Assembly (NCBI GenBank): GCA_051251915.1
Contig: JBPOGF010000007.1
Span: forward strand, 103,675 to 167,674
Direction of reading: 5' to 3'
DNA from: Akkermansiaceae bacterium
Lineage (GTDB): Bacteria; Verrucomicrobiota; Verrucomicrobiia; Verrucomicrobiales; Akkermansiaceae
Length of the DNA stretch: 64,000 nt
The notes beneath the pieces are model-generated. The model searched no databases. It was not told the DNA's origin and was given only the letters and a program-made list of their open reading frames with translations. Below are positions 11,441-20,844 of this stretch, piece by piece (positions within the stretch are counted from its first letter, which is position 1; every line of letters begins with the position of its first letter). A program made the translations under genes and the position numbers.

Positions 11441-11929
11441 TTATTTCCTTAGGTAGAGTTCTGCGCAGGCTTTGGCGTCTGAGAGGGCTTGGTGGTGTTG
11501 TAGTTCTATGCCTAGGACTTCACAGCAGGCGTTGAGGTTGCAGGGTTTGAAGCCTTTTTTGCGGTAGATCTGGACGGTGCATTGCCATTTGTCGTGGATT
11601 TCTAATGAGTTGTAGTCTAGTGCGGCGGTGTCCATGCAGGCGCGGAGGACGCCTCGGTCGAAGGGGGCATTGTGGGCGACTACGGTTTGTCCTTGTAGTC
11701 TGCGCTGAAATTCTGGGTAGAGTTCGGCAAAGGTGAGGGCGGAGATTGTGTCTGCAGGCTTGATGCCGTGGACTCTGATGCAGCCCCAGTGGTAGGCATT
11801 TCTTGGGGGTTTGATGAGGGTGTAGTAGGTGTCTGTGATGATGCCGTCTTTGACTGTGACTATGCCAACTGCGCAGGCACTGTTTCTTGCTCCGTTGGCG
11901 GTTTCAAAATCGATGGCGACAAAATTCAT
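11441..11929 (-). CDS. DEDDh 3'-5' exonuclease (Pol III epsilon-like)
   Basis: FVAIDFETAN, VAHNAPFD and HHQALSDA Exo motifs. Confidence 0.93.
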   Translation of the reverse strand: MNFVAIDFETANGARNSACAVGIVTVKDGIITDTYYTLIKPPRNAYHWGCIRVHGIKPADTISALTFAELYPEFQRRLQGQTVVAHNAPFDRGVLRACMDTAALDYNSLEIHDKWQCTVQIYRKKGFKPCNLNACCEVLGIELQHHQALSDAKACAELYLRK

Positions 11930-12017
11930 AGGGTAGTTAGGTTAGTCTGTTAGAATCTGGGAGTTCAATTATTAAATTCTGATGTTGTAAGTAGAGCGAT
12001 CAAGTTAGGGATATTTT

Positions 12018-12097
12018 ACGACGAATAATACGAAGTTTCCCGAATGTGGTGTACGATGAAACTTTTCATGACCGCGAAATACACAAAAATCACGAAA
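12018..12097 (+). repeat. Two copies of a triple-CGAA periodic intergenic element
   Basis: ACGACGAATAATACGAAGTTTCCCGAATGTG and GACCGCGAAATACACAAAAATCACGAAA; related copies at 37251, 62874 and 62935. Confidence 0.6.
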
Positions 12098-12289
12098 CCA
12101 TTACGATGAAGCCTAAAAAGATGTATTTTTAACCACTGAATAGCGGCTAATTATGCTGAACAGATATGCTGAAGTCGTTTATGTTTGCCTAGTTTGGTTA
12201 CGGTGGCGTTGTAAGTAGGTGTGCCTTTTTTTTACAGGATGAATTCTGATCCTGTTCTTGCTTTGTCATTCGGGATTAGGTAATGATAA

Positions 12290-13294
12290 ATGATGATCAT
12301 TCGATGCCTTGTCCTTATTTATATAGTTTCTATTTCGAGTTTTGCGCTGGGGAAGTCTGCACAGGAGGTGACTGATGGGATAGTGAAGTCTGCGAATGGG
12401 GTGTTAGGGATGTTAGATAAGGAGCAGCTTGAGAAGGTGAAGTTTGGGTTTGATGATGATGTTCAGCGGAAGTTGTGGTCTAACTTGCCTTCGAGTATGG
12501 TGCCGAGGAAGGGGTTAAGGATGGGAGATCTGAGTAATGAGCAGAAGGCGGCTGTGATGGGGGTTTTGAAGGCGACTTTGAGTGAGAGGGGGTATCAGCA
12601 GGTGGTGGATAATATGTATTCTGAGAGGTTATTACGGATTAAGCATGGTGTTAAGAATAGGCATTATAGTGAGGATGAGTATTATTTTTCTATTTTAGGT
12701 GAGCCGTCCGGGACTGAGCCGTGGATGTGGCAGTATGGGGGGCATCATTTGGCGATTAATGCTACTGTTGTTGGAGAGATGGTGACTTTGTCTCCTAGTT
12801 TTACTGGGGGGAATCCGGTGGATTTTGTGAGGAATGGGGAGAAGGTGAGGCAGTTGGCTGGTGATGAGGATGTGTCTTATGCGTTGGCAGCATCTCTGAG
12901 TGATGAACAGCGAGAGAAGGCGATTATTTTGGGGAAGAGGGGGAATGTGGCATTTGGTCCTAAGGCGAAGGATCTTACTCCGAAGAAGGAGGGGATTTTG
13001 GCTAGTGAGCTGGATGAGAAGCAGCGGGGATTATTGTTGAAGTTGATCGAGGAGCGGGTGGGGATTTTGAATGATGTTCATTCTTGGGTGGCGATGAAGA
13101 AGGTTGCTGAGCAGTTGGGTGAGACTTATTTTGTTTGGTTTGGTGATACTGAGCCGGGTTGTACTTCGAATTATAGGATTCAGGGGCCTGGGGTGATTAT
13201 TGAATATTTTGCTCAGGGGAAGGGTCAGGGGGGGCATATGCATACGCATGCTATGTATAGGGATCCTTCTAATGATTATGGTAGAGGGAAGTAA
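12290..13294 (+). CDS. DUF3500 domain exported protein
   Basis: WSNLP, PWMWQYGGHHLAIN and HTHAMYRDPSNDYG motifs; signal peptide. Confidence 0.85.
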   Translation: MMIIRCLVLIYIVSISSFALGKSAQEVTDGIVKSANGVLGMLDKEQLEKVKFGFDDDVQRKLWSNLPSSMVPRKGLRMGDLSNEQKAAVMGVLKATLSERGYQQVVDNMYSERLLRIKHGVKNRHYSEDEYYFSILGEPSGTEPWMWQYGGHHLAINATVVGEMVTLSPSFTGGNPVDFVRNGEKVRQLAGDEDVSYALAASLSDEQREKAIILGKRGNVAFGPKAKDLTPKKEGILASELDEKQRGLLLKLIEERVGILNDVHSWVAMKKVAEQLGETYFVWFGDTEPGCTSNYRIQGPGVIIEYFAQGKGQGGHMHTHAMYRDPSNDYGRGK

Positions 13295-13312
13295 AAAAGA
13301 AAAAGTTGGTGG

Positions 13313-13756
13313 TTAGCGGTGGTAGGGTTCGCCTTTTTGGATGGTGGCGATGCGGTAGAGTTGTTCTAGGAGGACGACTAGGGCGAGTTCGTGTTGGAGG
13401 GTGAGGGGTGAGAGTGCCCAGACTAGGTCGGCTTCTTTGCGGAGTTGCTCGGTGTGGCCGTCTGAGGCGCCGATGTGGTAGGTGGCGCGCTTTTCTCCGC
13501 GCATTTCCCAGTGGTTGATTTTTTTGAGGAGTTGGTCGGTGGTGAGTTGTTCGCCACGTTCGTCTAGGACGATGCGGATGGTGCTGGGGGAGGACGATTG
13601 TTCTAGGTGGCGGGTGGAGACGTCTTGTGAGGAGCCGTCTTTGATGTGTTTGAGCTCGTATGAGCCGTAGCGTTTGAGGCGTTTTTGGTATTCTGCGACT
13701 CCGTCTTTGCAGTATTTGAGGGCGGGTTTGCCGGCGGCGATGATGGTGTGTTTCAT
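13313..13756 (-). CDS. rlmH: 23S rRNA pseudouridine-1915 N3-methyltransferase
   Basis: SPOUT motifs LDERGEQ, IGASDG and LSPLTLQHELALVVLLEQLYR...GEPYHR. Confidence 0.93.
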   Translation of the reverse strand: MKHTIIAAGKPALKYCKDGVAEYQKRLKRYGSYELKHIKDGSSQDVSTRHLEQSSSPSTIRIVLDERGEQLTTDQLLKKINHWEMRGEKRATYHIGASDGHTEQLRKEADLVWALSPLTLQHELALVVLLEQLYRIATIQKGEPYHR

Positions 13757-13995
13757 TTTTGAAGTGTGAGGGTAGAATGGTGAAGTGTGAAGTACTTTGG
13801 TTGTGTGCTTGGGGGTGGGGTGATCAGTTAGCAGTGATCGGTGATCGGGCTAGGGTTGATGGAACGGCTTGGGGGGGGCGGTGATCGTTTAGGTGTGATC
13901 TGGGTTGTGTTGTTATAGAAATTTTGTGGTTTTGTAATGGAAAATTTTGGATTAGGGTGCAGAGTCTATTTAACTAATAACAAAATAAAAAATAT

Positions 13996-14577
13996 ATGTG
14001 GATACTAATAGGATTAATTGTAGTGGCTGTGCTGGTAGCATTTTGGCTGATGGGTATGTATAATGGTCTGGTGAAGAGCCGGAACCGTTATAAGAATGCG
14101 TTTTCGCAGATTGATGTGCAGCTGAAACGTAGGCATGATTTGATTCCTAATCTGATAGAAACTGCAAAAGCTTACATGAAGCATGAGAGTGAGACGCTAG
14201 AAAATGTGATCAAGGCGCGAAATAGTGCTGAGAGTGCGCGTAAATCTGTGTCACCTGAGGATTCTGTTTCTATGGGGACTTTGGCTGCGGCTGAGACTAG
14301 CTTGGGTTCTACTATGGGGAGTTTTATTGGGCTTTCTGAGAGTTATCCGGATTTAAAATCTAACCAGAATATGATGCAGCTAAGTGAAGAGCTAACTACT
14401 ACTGAGAATAAGGTAGGGTTTTCACGTCAGGCGTATAATGATGCGGTGACGATGTATAATAACAAGTGTGAGACATTTCCTTCTAGCATCTTTGCTGGGA
14501 TGTTTAACTTTAACCAGGCTGTGCTCTTTGAGGTGGCAGATGATTCTGAGCGCGAGAGTGTGAAGGTGTCATTTTAA
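13996..14577 (+). CDS. lemA: LemA family protein
   Basis: YNGLV...IDVQLKRRHDLIPNL, ESYPDLKSN and RQAYNDAV. Confidence 0.95.
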   Translation: MWILIGLIVVAVLVAFWLMGMYNGLVKSRNRYKNAFSQIDVQLKRRHDLIPNLIETAKAYMKHESETLENVIKARNSAESARKSVSPEDSVSMGTLAAAETSLGSTMGSFIGLSESYPDLKSNQNMMQLSEELTTTENKVGFSRQAYNDAVTMYNNKCETFPSSIFAGMFNFNQAVLFEVADDSERESVKVSF

Positions 14578-14696
14578 AAGGGGGGGGAGCGAGCCTGCGG
14601 CTTTGGAAGCAGGAAGCGGGAAGCGCGGGGACTGAGTGATGATGTTAGATATCGTTATTGCTTGGGCTCGTGCCTCTTTACTATTTATTTAAAACT

Positions 14697-16697
14697 ATGA
14701 ATTTTTACGAGGCGCAGGATGATGCACGGAAGCGGACTAAGTGGCTAGTGCTGTACTTTATTTTGGCTGTGGTGGGCGTGGTGGCTGCTGTGTATACGGT
14801 GGTGGGCTTTGCTTACCAGGTGCAGGGGGGGACTGAGGTTACTTACCGTGATCAGTTTGGCAATGTGACTCGTGATGTTACGCGTGGCGAGTGGTGGGAT
14901 CTGGGTAGATTTCTGACGGTGGCTGGGGTGACTACTGGGGTTATTCTGTTAGGGAATTTATTTAAGTCAATGCAGCTTGCTGGCGGTGGTGCTGCGGTGG
15001 CGCGTGATGTGGGGGCTAGGCCTGTGGATCCGCATACGACGGATCTGGATGAGAAGAGGCTGGTGAATGTGGTGGAGGAGATGGCGATAGCGAGTGGGCT
15101 GCCAGTGCCTCAGGTGTGGATCATGGATGATGAGGCGGGGATTAATGCGTTTGCGGCTGGGACTGAGCCGGGTAATGCTGTGATAGGGGTGACTCGGGGG
15201 TGCGTGCAGCGTCTTACGAGGGGGGAACTTCAGGGGGTGATCGCTCATGAGTTTAGTCATATTTTGAATGGTGATATGAAGTTGAACATGCGGTTGATTG
15301 GCTGGTTGTTTGGGATCATGATGTTGGCTTTGTTGGGGAGGATGTTGTTCCATTCGTTGCGGTTTGTGCGGGTGAGGGGTAATAGTAAGGATAATAATGG
15401 TGGGTTGATTATTGCGTTGTTGCTTAGTGGGGTGGCTTTGATTGTGATTGGTTCGATTGGGGTGTTTTTTGCTCGGATGATCCAGGCTGCTATTTCTAGG
15501 CAACGTGAGTATTTAGCGGATGCTAGTGCGGTGGAGTTTACTCGAGATCCTAGTGGGATAGCGGGTGCTCTGAAGAAGATAGGTGGGCAGCAGTATGGGT
15601 CTGAGATCAATAATGCGAAGGCGGGTGAGGCGAGTCATATGTTTTTTGCTGATGGTGGGATGTTTAGTTATGGGTTTGATACGCATCCGCCGTTGGATGT
15701 GAGGATAGCTACGATTGAGAAGGACTGGGATGGGGAGTTTAAGAATACGGAGTTACCTCCGGTGGCGCATCAGGGGCGACCTGGTAATAGGTCACGAGGT
15801 GGTGATGCTAGGTTGAGTGGGTTTGCTACTTCAGGAGGAGCTTCTGAGGGGCGTGCTCATAATGGAACTCAGGTGAAGGTGGACCGACAGGAGTGGGATG
15901 ACATTGGTGACTCAGCGCATCAGGATGTGGGTGTGGGTAAGCAGATACTTGATTCTATTTCTGATGAGTGGATAGAGGCTTGTCATGATAGGGAATATGC
16001 GCAGGCTTTGGTGTTTGGGTTGTTGTTGGCGGAGGATGATGAGCTTCAGCAAGGTGAAGTTTCTTTCCTGAATAAGTCTGCTGGTAAGCATGCTGTGGAG
16101 CTGGCTTTGAACTGGAATCAGGCATTACGTGATGTGCATTCTTCTGAGAAGATTGCGCTGATAGATTTGTGTATTCCTACGTTGCGTAGGCTGACTATGC
16201 CGGAGTATGAGCGGTTTATTGAGATCACTCGGTGGATGATAGCTAGTGATGGTGAGGTGGATATTTTTGAGTTCATGTTGCAGAAGGTGTTAGAGCGTCA
16301 TTTGTCGGCTCACTTCTTGCATTATGGTTCGGTGAAGACGAGGTTTACGAAGATTAGTAAGCTGTCTACTGAGGTGAATGTGTTGCTTTCTACGATGGCT
16401 GGGATAGGTGCTGAGAATGGTGAGGAGCTGGTGACGGCTTATGGTGCGGCGTGTGGTGCTATTTCTGATGTGGGTGAGAGGTTAACGATTTTGCCGCCTG
16501 AGCGATGTGGTTTAGCGGAGGTGGATAAGGCGCTGGATAAGTTAGAGCAGGCTAGTCCTGTGATTAAGAAACAGGTGATCCATGCTTGTGGGCTTTCGGT
16601 GATGCATGATGGCGTGCTGGAGAGTAAAGAGGCTGAGATGCTGAGAGCTGTGGCGGATGCGATAGGTAGTTCGCTGCCTCCATTTGTGCGTCATTAA
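14697..16697 (+). CDS. M48 (HtpX-like) membrane zinc metalloprotease with C-terminal extension
   Basis: HEFSH, SRQREYLADA and THPPL; follows lemA. Confidence 0.93.
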   Translation: MNFYEAQDDARKRTKWLVLYFILAVVGVVAAVYTVVGFAYQVQGGTEVTYRDQFGNVTRDVTRGEWWDLGRFLTVAGVTTGVILLGNLFKSMQLAGGGAAVARDVGARPVDPHTTDLDEKRLVNVVEEMAIASGLPVPQVWIMDDEAGINAFAAGTEPGNAVIGVTRGCVQRLTRGELQGVIAHEFSHILNGDMKLNMRLIGWLFGIMMLALLGRMLFHSLRFVRVRGNSKDNNGGLIIALLLSGVALIVIGSIGVFFARMIQAAISRQREYLADASAVEFTRDPSGIAGALKKIGGQQYGSEINNAKAGEASHMFFADGGMFSYGFDTHPPLDVRIATIEKDWDGEFKNTELPPVAHQGRPGNRSRGGDARLSGFATSGGASEGRAHNGTQVKVDRQEWDDIGDSAHQDVGVGKQILDSISDEWIEACHDREYAQALVFGLLLAEDDELQQGEVSFLNKSAGKHAVELALNWNQALRDVHSSEKIALIDLCIPTLRRLTMPEYERFIEITRWMIASDGEVDIFEFMLQKVLERHLSAHFLHYGSVKTRFTKISKLSTEVNVLLSTMAGIGAENGEELVTAYGAACGAISDVGERLTILPPERCGLAEVDKALDKLEQASPVIKKQVIHACGLSVMHDGVLESKEAEMLRAVADAIGSSLPPFVRH

Positions 16698-16698
16698 T

Positions 16699-17040
16699 AT
16701 GATGGAAAGGGAGCCAACAAAATTTGAATCTAGAGTTTATGAGGCGCTTTGTAGGGTGCCGGCGGGGAAGGTGGTGACTTATAAGGTGCTGGGTGCTGCG
16801 GTGGGGTGTGGGTCTGCTCAGGCGATAGGGAATGCGATGCGGCGGAATCCGTATGCGCCTGAGGTGCCGTGTCATCGGGTGATACCGGCTACGCTTAAGT
16901 TGGGTGGGTTTATGGGGGATGTGATAGGTGATAGTATTGAGCGGAAGCGGGTTTTGTTAGAGAGTGAGGGGGTGGAGTTTGGTGATGATGGGAGGTTGGT
17001 TGATATGGGGTGTTTGTTGGATGGGGTTCCTGAGGATTAG
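16699..17040 (+). CDS. O6-alkylguanine DNA alkyltransferase (MGMT family, single domain)
   Basis: VPAGKVVTY and active-site PCHRVI. Confidence 0.9.
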   Translation: MMEREPTKFESRVYEALCRVPAGKVVTYKVLGAAVGCGSAQAIGNAMRRNPYAPEVPCHRVIPATLKLGGFMGDVIGDSIERKRVLLESEGVEFGDDGRLVDMGCLLDGVPED

Positions 17041-17067
17041 GAATTTGGAATTTGGAATTTGGAATTA
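17040..17067 (+). repeat. Heptamer tandem repeat (GGAATTT)x3 plus GGAATTA
   Basis: Read directly, immediately after the stop codon; one of about ten 7-bp-period tracts in the window. Confidence 0.85.
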
Positions 17068-17196
17068 GGTTGTTTGGAGGTTTTTGTGCCTTTGGTATGT
17101 CACTGGTTGATGCACGATGGAGCTGGTTGGTGGTTAGATGGAGAGTGATGATCTTTTTGTTCGGTGGGGTGTGATATTTATGGTAATGATTTTTTT

Positions 17197-17727
17197 ATGC
17201 ATAAGGATGTTGAGAAGATATTGGTGAGTGAGGAGGTTATTCAGCATCGTATTGAGGTGTTGGCTAAGCGGGTGTTAGAGAAGGGTGAGGATAATATTGT
17301 GATTGTGGTGTTACTTAAGGGGGCGTTGGTGTTTGCGTCAGATTTATTTAGGAGTATGCCGGTGATGCTTGATGTGGAGTGTCTGAATGTTTCTAGTTAT
17401 CATGGGGGACTGGAGAGTAGTGGTGAGGTGAAATTTCTGGATGTTAAGATGCCTAATTTTGATGGGAAGCGGGTGATTGTGGTGGATGATATTTATGATA
17501 CTGGGCTGACGATGAAGGCTGTGTGTGATAAGATAGGGGAGTCTGGTGCAGCTAGTGTTGAGAGCTGTGTGCTGCTGGCTAAGGATAAGGTGAGGGAAGT
17601 TGATTTTGAGCCAGATTATGTAGGGTTTACGATTGGGGATGAGTTTGTGATTGGGTATGGGTTGGATTATAAGGGGAAGTATAGAAATCTGCCTTATATT
17701 GGGGTTTTGAGTGTGGATGCGATATAG
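17197..17727 (+). CDS. hpt: Hypoxanthine phosphoribosyltransferase
   Basis: LKGALVF, VSSYHG, VIVVDDIYDTGLT and FVIGYGLDY. Confidence 0.93.
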   Translation: MHKDVEKILVSEEVIQHRIEVLAKRVLEKGEDNIVIVVLLKGALVFASDLFRSMPVMLDVECLNVSSYHGGLESSGEVKFLDVKMPNFDGKRVIVVDDIYDTGLTMKAVCDKIGESGAASVESCVLLAKDKVREVDFEPDYVGFTIGDEFVIGYGLDYKGKYRNLPYIGVLSVDAI

Positions 17728-17922
17728 CTGCGCTATGTCAATGGTCATTGGGCAATAGTCAATGGGGCTTGGGGTGATGGTCGCGTATGACGGCGGAGAC
17801 GTACGCGATTATTTTGCTTAGGTAGGGCGGGGCAGGGCAGTTGGGGGCTTTTGTGCGTGAGGGGGTGAAATTTTGTTTAATTTCACTCTGGTGGAGTGGG
17901 GGGAATGGCGTATTGTTAGGGT

Positions 17923-19050
17923 ATGCGATGTACAATAATTAGAGAGTTAGATACACTGGAGGATTTCCTTAAACATAAAGGTCAGTTGCACTGTTCGGTG
18001 ATTCAGGGGTTGAATTTTATTGATGTGGATTTGGATTGGAAGAAGTTGAATTTTAGTGGGGCTGTATTTTTGGGATGTCATTTTCCTAAGAATGTGACGG
18101 TTGAGTTTTTGATCGAGCAAGGAGCTGTGGTGTTTCCTACGTTGCCTAATCTTCCTTATAATCCGTATCGGGCGGAGTTGTATTCACGAGAGGAGCTGAT
18201 GCAGGGGTGGACTCCGAGGCATGATCAGAGTGTGGATAAGAAGATTTATGATCACTTTGAAGCGAAGGGGAGGGCTAAGCCGGATATTTTAGAATCGTTG
18301 GCGCAGAGGTTGCATGATCATGCGGTGGATGATGCACTGAGGGATCTGTTAGAGGGTAGAGTGGAAGGAGATGGAGTTAAGAAGGTGGTTGCTATTATGG
18401 GGGGGCATGGGACTCCGCGGACTGATATTTATTATAAGAAGGTGGTGAAGCTTACGCGTAATTTGACGCGTGCTGGGTACTATGTGGCATCTGGTGGTGG
18501 GCCGGGGATGATGGAGGCTGCTAATCTTGGGGCTTGGTTAGCGGAGGTGGATGATGAGGGTTTGGAGGAGGTGTTTGCCTTGCTTGCGGAGGCACCAGTT
18601 TATAGTGATCCGGGGTATATGCAGGCGGCGCAGAGTGTGATTGATTTGTATCCGCATGGGCGGTCATCGATAGCGGTGCCGACGTGGTTTTATGGGCATG
18701 AGCCGACGAATTTGTTTAGTAAGCGGATAGCGAAATATTTTTCTAACAGTATTAGGGAAGATGGTCTGTTAGCTATAGCTGAGTATGGGGTGGTGTTTGC
18801 TCCGGGGAGTGCGGGGACGACGCAGGAGATCTTTATGGATGCGACTCAGAATCACTATGTGACCTTTGATAAGGTTAGTCCGATGGTGTTCCTTGGGGAA
18901 GATCGGTATAATAAGGAGACGATGATTTATCCGTGTATTAAGCAGCTGGCTGAGGGCAGGGCTTATGCGGAGATGTTGACTTGTACGGATGATATTGATG
19001 ATGTGTTAGATTTCATCATTAGTCATCCGCCGATGGAAACGCAGGGGTAA
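17923..19050 (+). CDS. LOG-family (Rossmann-fold) nucleotide phosphoribohydrolase-like protein
   Basis: ASGGGPGMMEAANLGA, REDGLL and PGSAGTTQE. Confidence 0.8.
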   Translation: MRCTIIRELDTLEDFLKHKGQLHCSVIQGLNFIDVDLDWKKLNFSGAVFLGCHFPKNVTVEFLIEQGAVVFPTLPNLPYNPYRAELYSREELMQGWTPRHDQSVDKKIYDHFEAKGRAKPDILESLAQRLHDHAVDDALRDLLEGRVEGDGVKKVVAIMGGHGTPRTDIYYKKVVKLTRNLTRAGYYVASGGGPGMMEAANLGAWLAEVDDEGLEEVFALLAEAPVYSDPGYMQAAQSVIDLYPHGRSSIAVPTWFYGHEPTNLFSKRIAKYFSNSIREDGLLAIAEYGVVFAPGSAGTTQEIFMDATQNHYVTFDKVSPMVFLGEDRYNKETMIYPCIKQLAEGRAYAEMLTCTDDIDDVLDFIISHPPMETQG

Positions 19051-19169
19051 GTTTTTATGATGAGATTACTCACTCTAGGTCTTGTCATTAATCCTATGAA
19101 AATGTGTTCATCACTCATCGTTTCGGTCGCTTTCATAGTGATTGAGGAGGATAGCAAGGCACTATCTAA

Positions 19170-19946
19170 GTGGAGATGAAGATGCGATTACAAAGTGGGA
19201 CTTGTGCTTATCTGGATGGAACGAAGGTTTGTTCGGGGAGTTTTTGGAAGCGTGAGGGACGACTGACGGCGAAGGTCGCTCTTCCTGATGAAACTCTCAT
19301 TCTGGGGGCGGGTGATGAGTTTCTGATCGGGGAGAAAAGGTATAGAGTGGAGGGGATTGAGGAGGCTGAGAACGGTAATTATTTAGTAATCTCGGGGCTA
19401 GATGAGAAGCTGAAACCAGAGACTGATACTGCGGAATCAGAAGCACTTGTGCACGAGAGAGAGGAGGCAGGAAGGCTGAGAAGGGAGCGGAGTCAAAGAG
19501 TGAGGGACCATACGTTTAAAATCCCAAGTAGGCATTACCGTGGACTGCTTGAGGACTTACAACAGCTTACTCCTGATGTTTTAACGAAACTGAATTCTAT
19601 GGAGAGCAATTTCACCGTTCTTCGATGGGAATCTGAACTGGAGTCACAGATGGAACGGAATCTAAAAGAAGGGGAGATGGGGCCGAATACCACTGAGACG
19701 AACCAAGCGGTGTTTGCAGAGTCTGGTGCGCAAGCCTTCACGACGGTAAATATCACGCGCTGGAATCCTCATCACATCGCGAATATGTCAGCATCTGCCG
19801 AGTGGTGTGTCGATGGAGAGCGGATATTCTGCTCGCTGCATTGCGAAGCAGATGGTGTAGCTTATCAGGCCTGTGTAATGGGGGCTCCTTTGGCGTTGGA
19901 TTATGTGAAAGAGTTTTTACTGCTTTGCAAAGAAGCTGATTGTTGA
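19170..19946 (+). CDS. Hypothetical protein
   Basis: 258 aa ORF with visibly less G/T skew than its neighbours; start uncertain. Confidence 0.6.
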   Translation: MEMKMRLQSGTCAYLDGTKVCSGSFWKREGRLTAKVALPDETLILGAGDEFLIGEKRYRVEGIEEAENGNYLVISGLDEKLKPETDTAESEALVHEREEAGRLRRERSQRVRDHTFKIPSRHYRGLLEDLQQLTPDVLTKLNSMESNFTVLRWESELESQMERNLKEGEMGPNTTETNQAVFAESGAQAFTTVNITRWNPHHIANMSASAEWCVDGERIFCSLHCEADGVAYQACVMGAPLALDYVKEFLLLCKEADC

Positions 19947-20008
19947 TTCTGATTGGCTGCAAATTCATCAGCCGCTTTAGTGCCGACCATCAAATGCTCC
20001 GTGGTAGA

Positions 20009-20194
20009 CTACCATTTCGCAATCACAGGGAGCTGTGCTGGTTTGCAGAGGGCTCTTTTGTTGTTGGAGACGCGGGCGCATTTTTTGCATACGAAGCTAG
20101 GGTCGGTGACTAGTTCGGTTAAGAGGTCGAAGTTTTTCTGGATCTGCTTGGGGCTCCATTTGCAGAATGTCTTGAGTTTATCGTCTTTGGCCAT
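20009..20194 (-). CDS. Small Cys-rich protein (61 aa), possible metal binder
   Basis: MAKDDKLKTFCKW...FVCKKCARVSNNKRALCKP has four Cys including CxxC. ATG at 20194 is preceded by a promoter-like sequence. Confidence 0.7.
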   Translation of the reverse strand: MAKDDKLKTFCKWSPKQIQKNFDLLTELVTDPSFVCKKCARVSNNKRALCKPAQLPVIAKW

Positions 20195-20212
20195 TTTGAG
20201 TTTGCTTGGACT

Positions 20213-20257
20213 ATTGTTGAGAATGGGATTCAATAACGATAATACGGAGTTGTCAAT
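20213..20257 (-). promoter_or_regulatory. Sigma70-like promoter overlapped by a Fur-family-like box
   Basis: Minus strand TTGACA-N17-TTGAAT, overlapped by the imperfect palindrome TTGAGAATGGGATTCAA. Confidence 0.5.
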
Positions 20258-20329
20258 GCGCAACGAAAAAATTCTAAGTATTTTTGAGTTTGGTGCGTTG
20301 TTGAGTGTGAATCTATAACGAATGAGACT

Positions 20330-20806
20330 ATGAGAAGAAAACGAATGATGAGTGTGGGTGACGATGAGCCAGTGTTGGATATTTCGTCTTTGATTGATGT
20401 GTGCTTCTTGCTGTTGATCTATTTTTTGGTGACGAGCACGATTCAGCCTAGGGAGCAGGATTTGCCTATGACGATGCCTAGTACAGATGGGGTTCCTGGT
20501 GATGAGGTGGTGAGGGTATTGATCGGACTGAAGGGGGATGGATCAATTGTGATGAATGAGGGGGCAGCGGAGGAGGTGCTGGATACTGATGGGGAGGATA
20601 GGGAGATACCTAGGACTAAGGAGAGGTTGAAGATGATCAATGATTTGGCGCGGTCAAATGGGAGTGAGGTGTTTGTGCAGTTGGTGTCTGAGGAGGGTGT
20701 TAGGAACCAGAGGTTTATTGATGTGTTGAATTGTTTGAAAGGGGAGGGGATTAGTAAGGTGGGGATAGCTTCGCTAGGTCATCAGTCAATGGACAATGGT
20801 CAATAG
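20330..20806 (+). CDS. exbD: Biopolymer transporter ExbD/TolR family protein
   Basis: LDISSLIDVCFLLLIYFLVTST transmembrane motif with the conserved Asp. Confidence 0.88.
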   Translation: MRRKRMMSVGDDEPVLDISSLIDVCFLLLIYFLVTSTIQPREQDLPMTMPSTDGVPGDEVVRVLIGLKGDGSIVMNEGAAEEVLDTDGEDREIPRTKERLKMINDLARSNGSEVFVQLVSEEGVRNQRFIDVLNCLKGEGISKVGIASLGHQSMDNGQ

Positions 20807-20821
20807 TGCTTGGTTGATGGG

Positions 20822-20843
20822 GGAGGTTGGAAACCTCTGGCAC
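20822..20843 (+). repeat. REP-like palindrome GGAGGTT-GGA-AACCTC
   Basis: Lies between convergent genes; near-identical copy at 59350-59371. Confidence 0.6.
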
Positions 20844-20844
20844 T

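Noticed and set aside
12018..12097. CGAA repeats and heptamer tracts considered as a CRISPR array
   Set aside because: There are no constant 23-47 bp repeats with unique spacers, and no cas genes.
19953..20318. 121-aa + strand ORF
   Set aside because: It is antisense to the better-supported Cys-rich small gene and its promoter.
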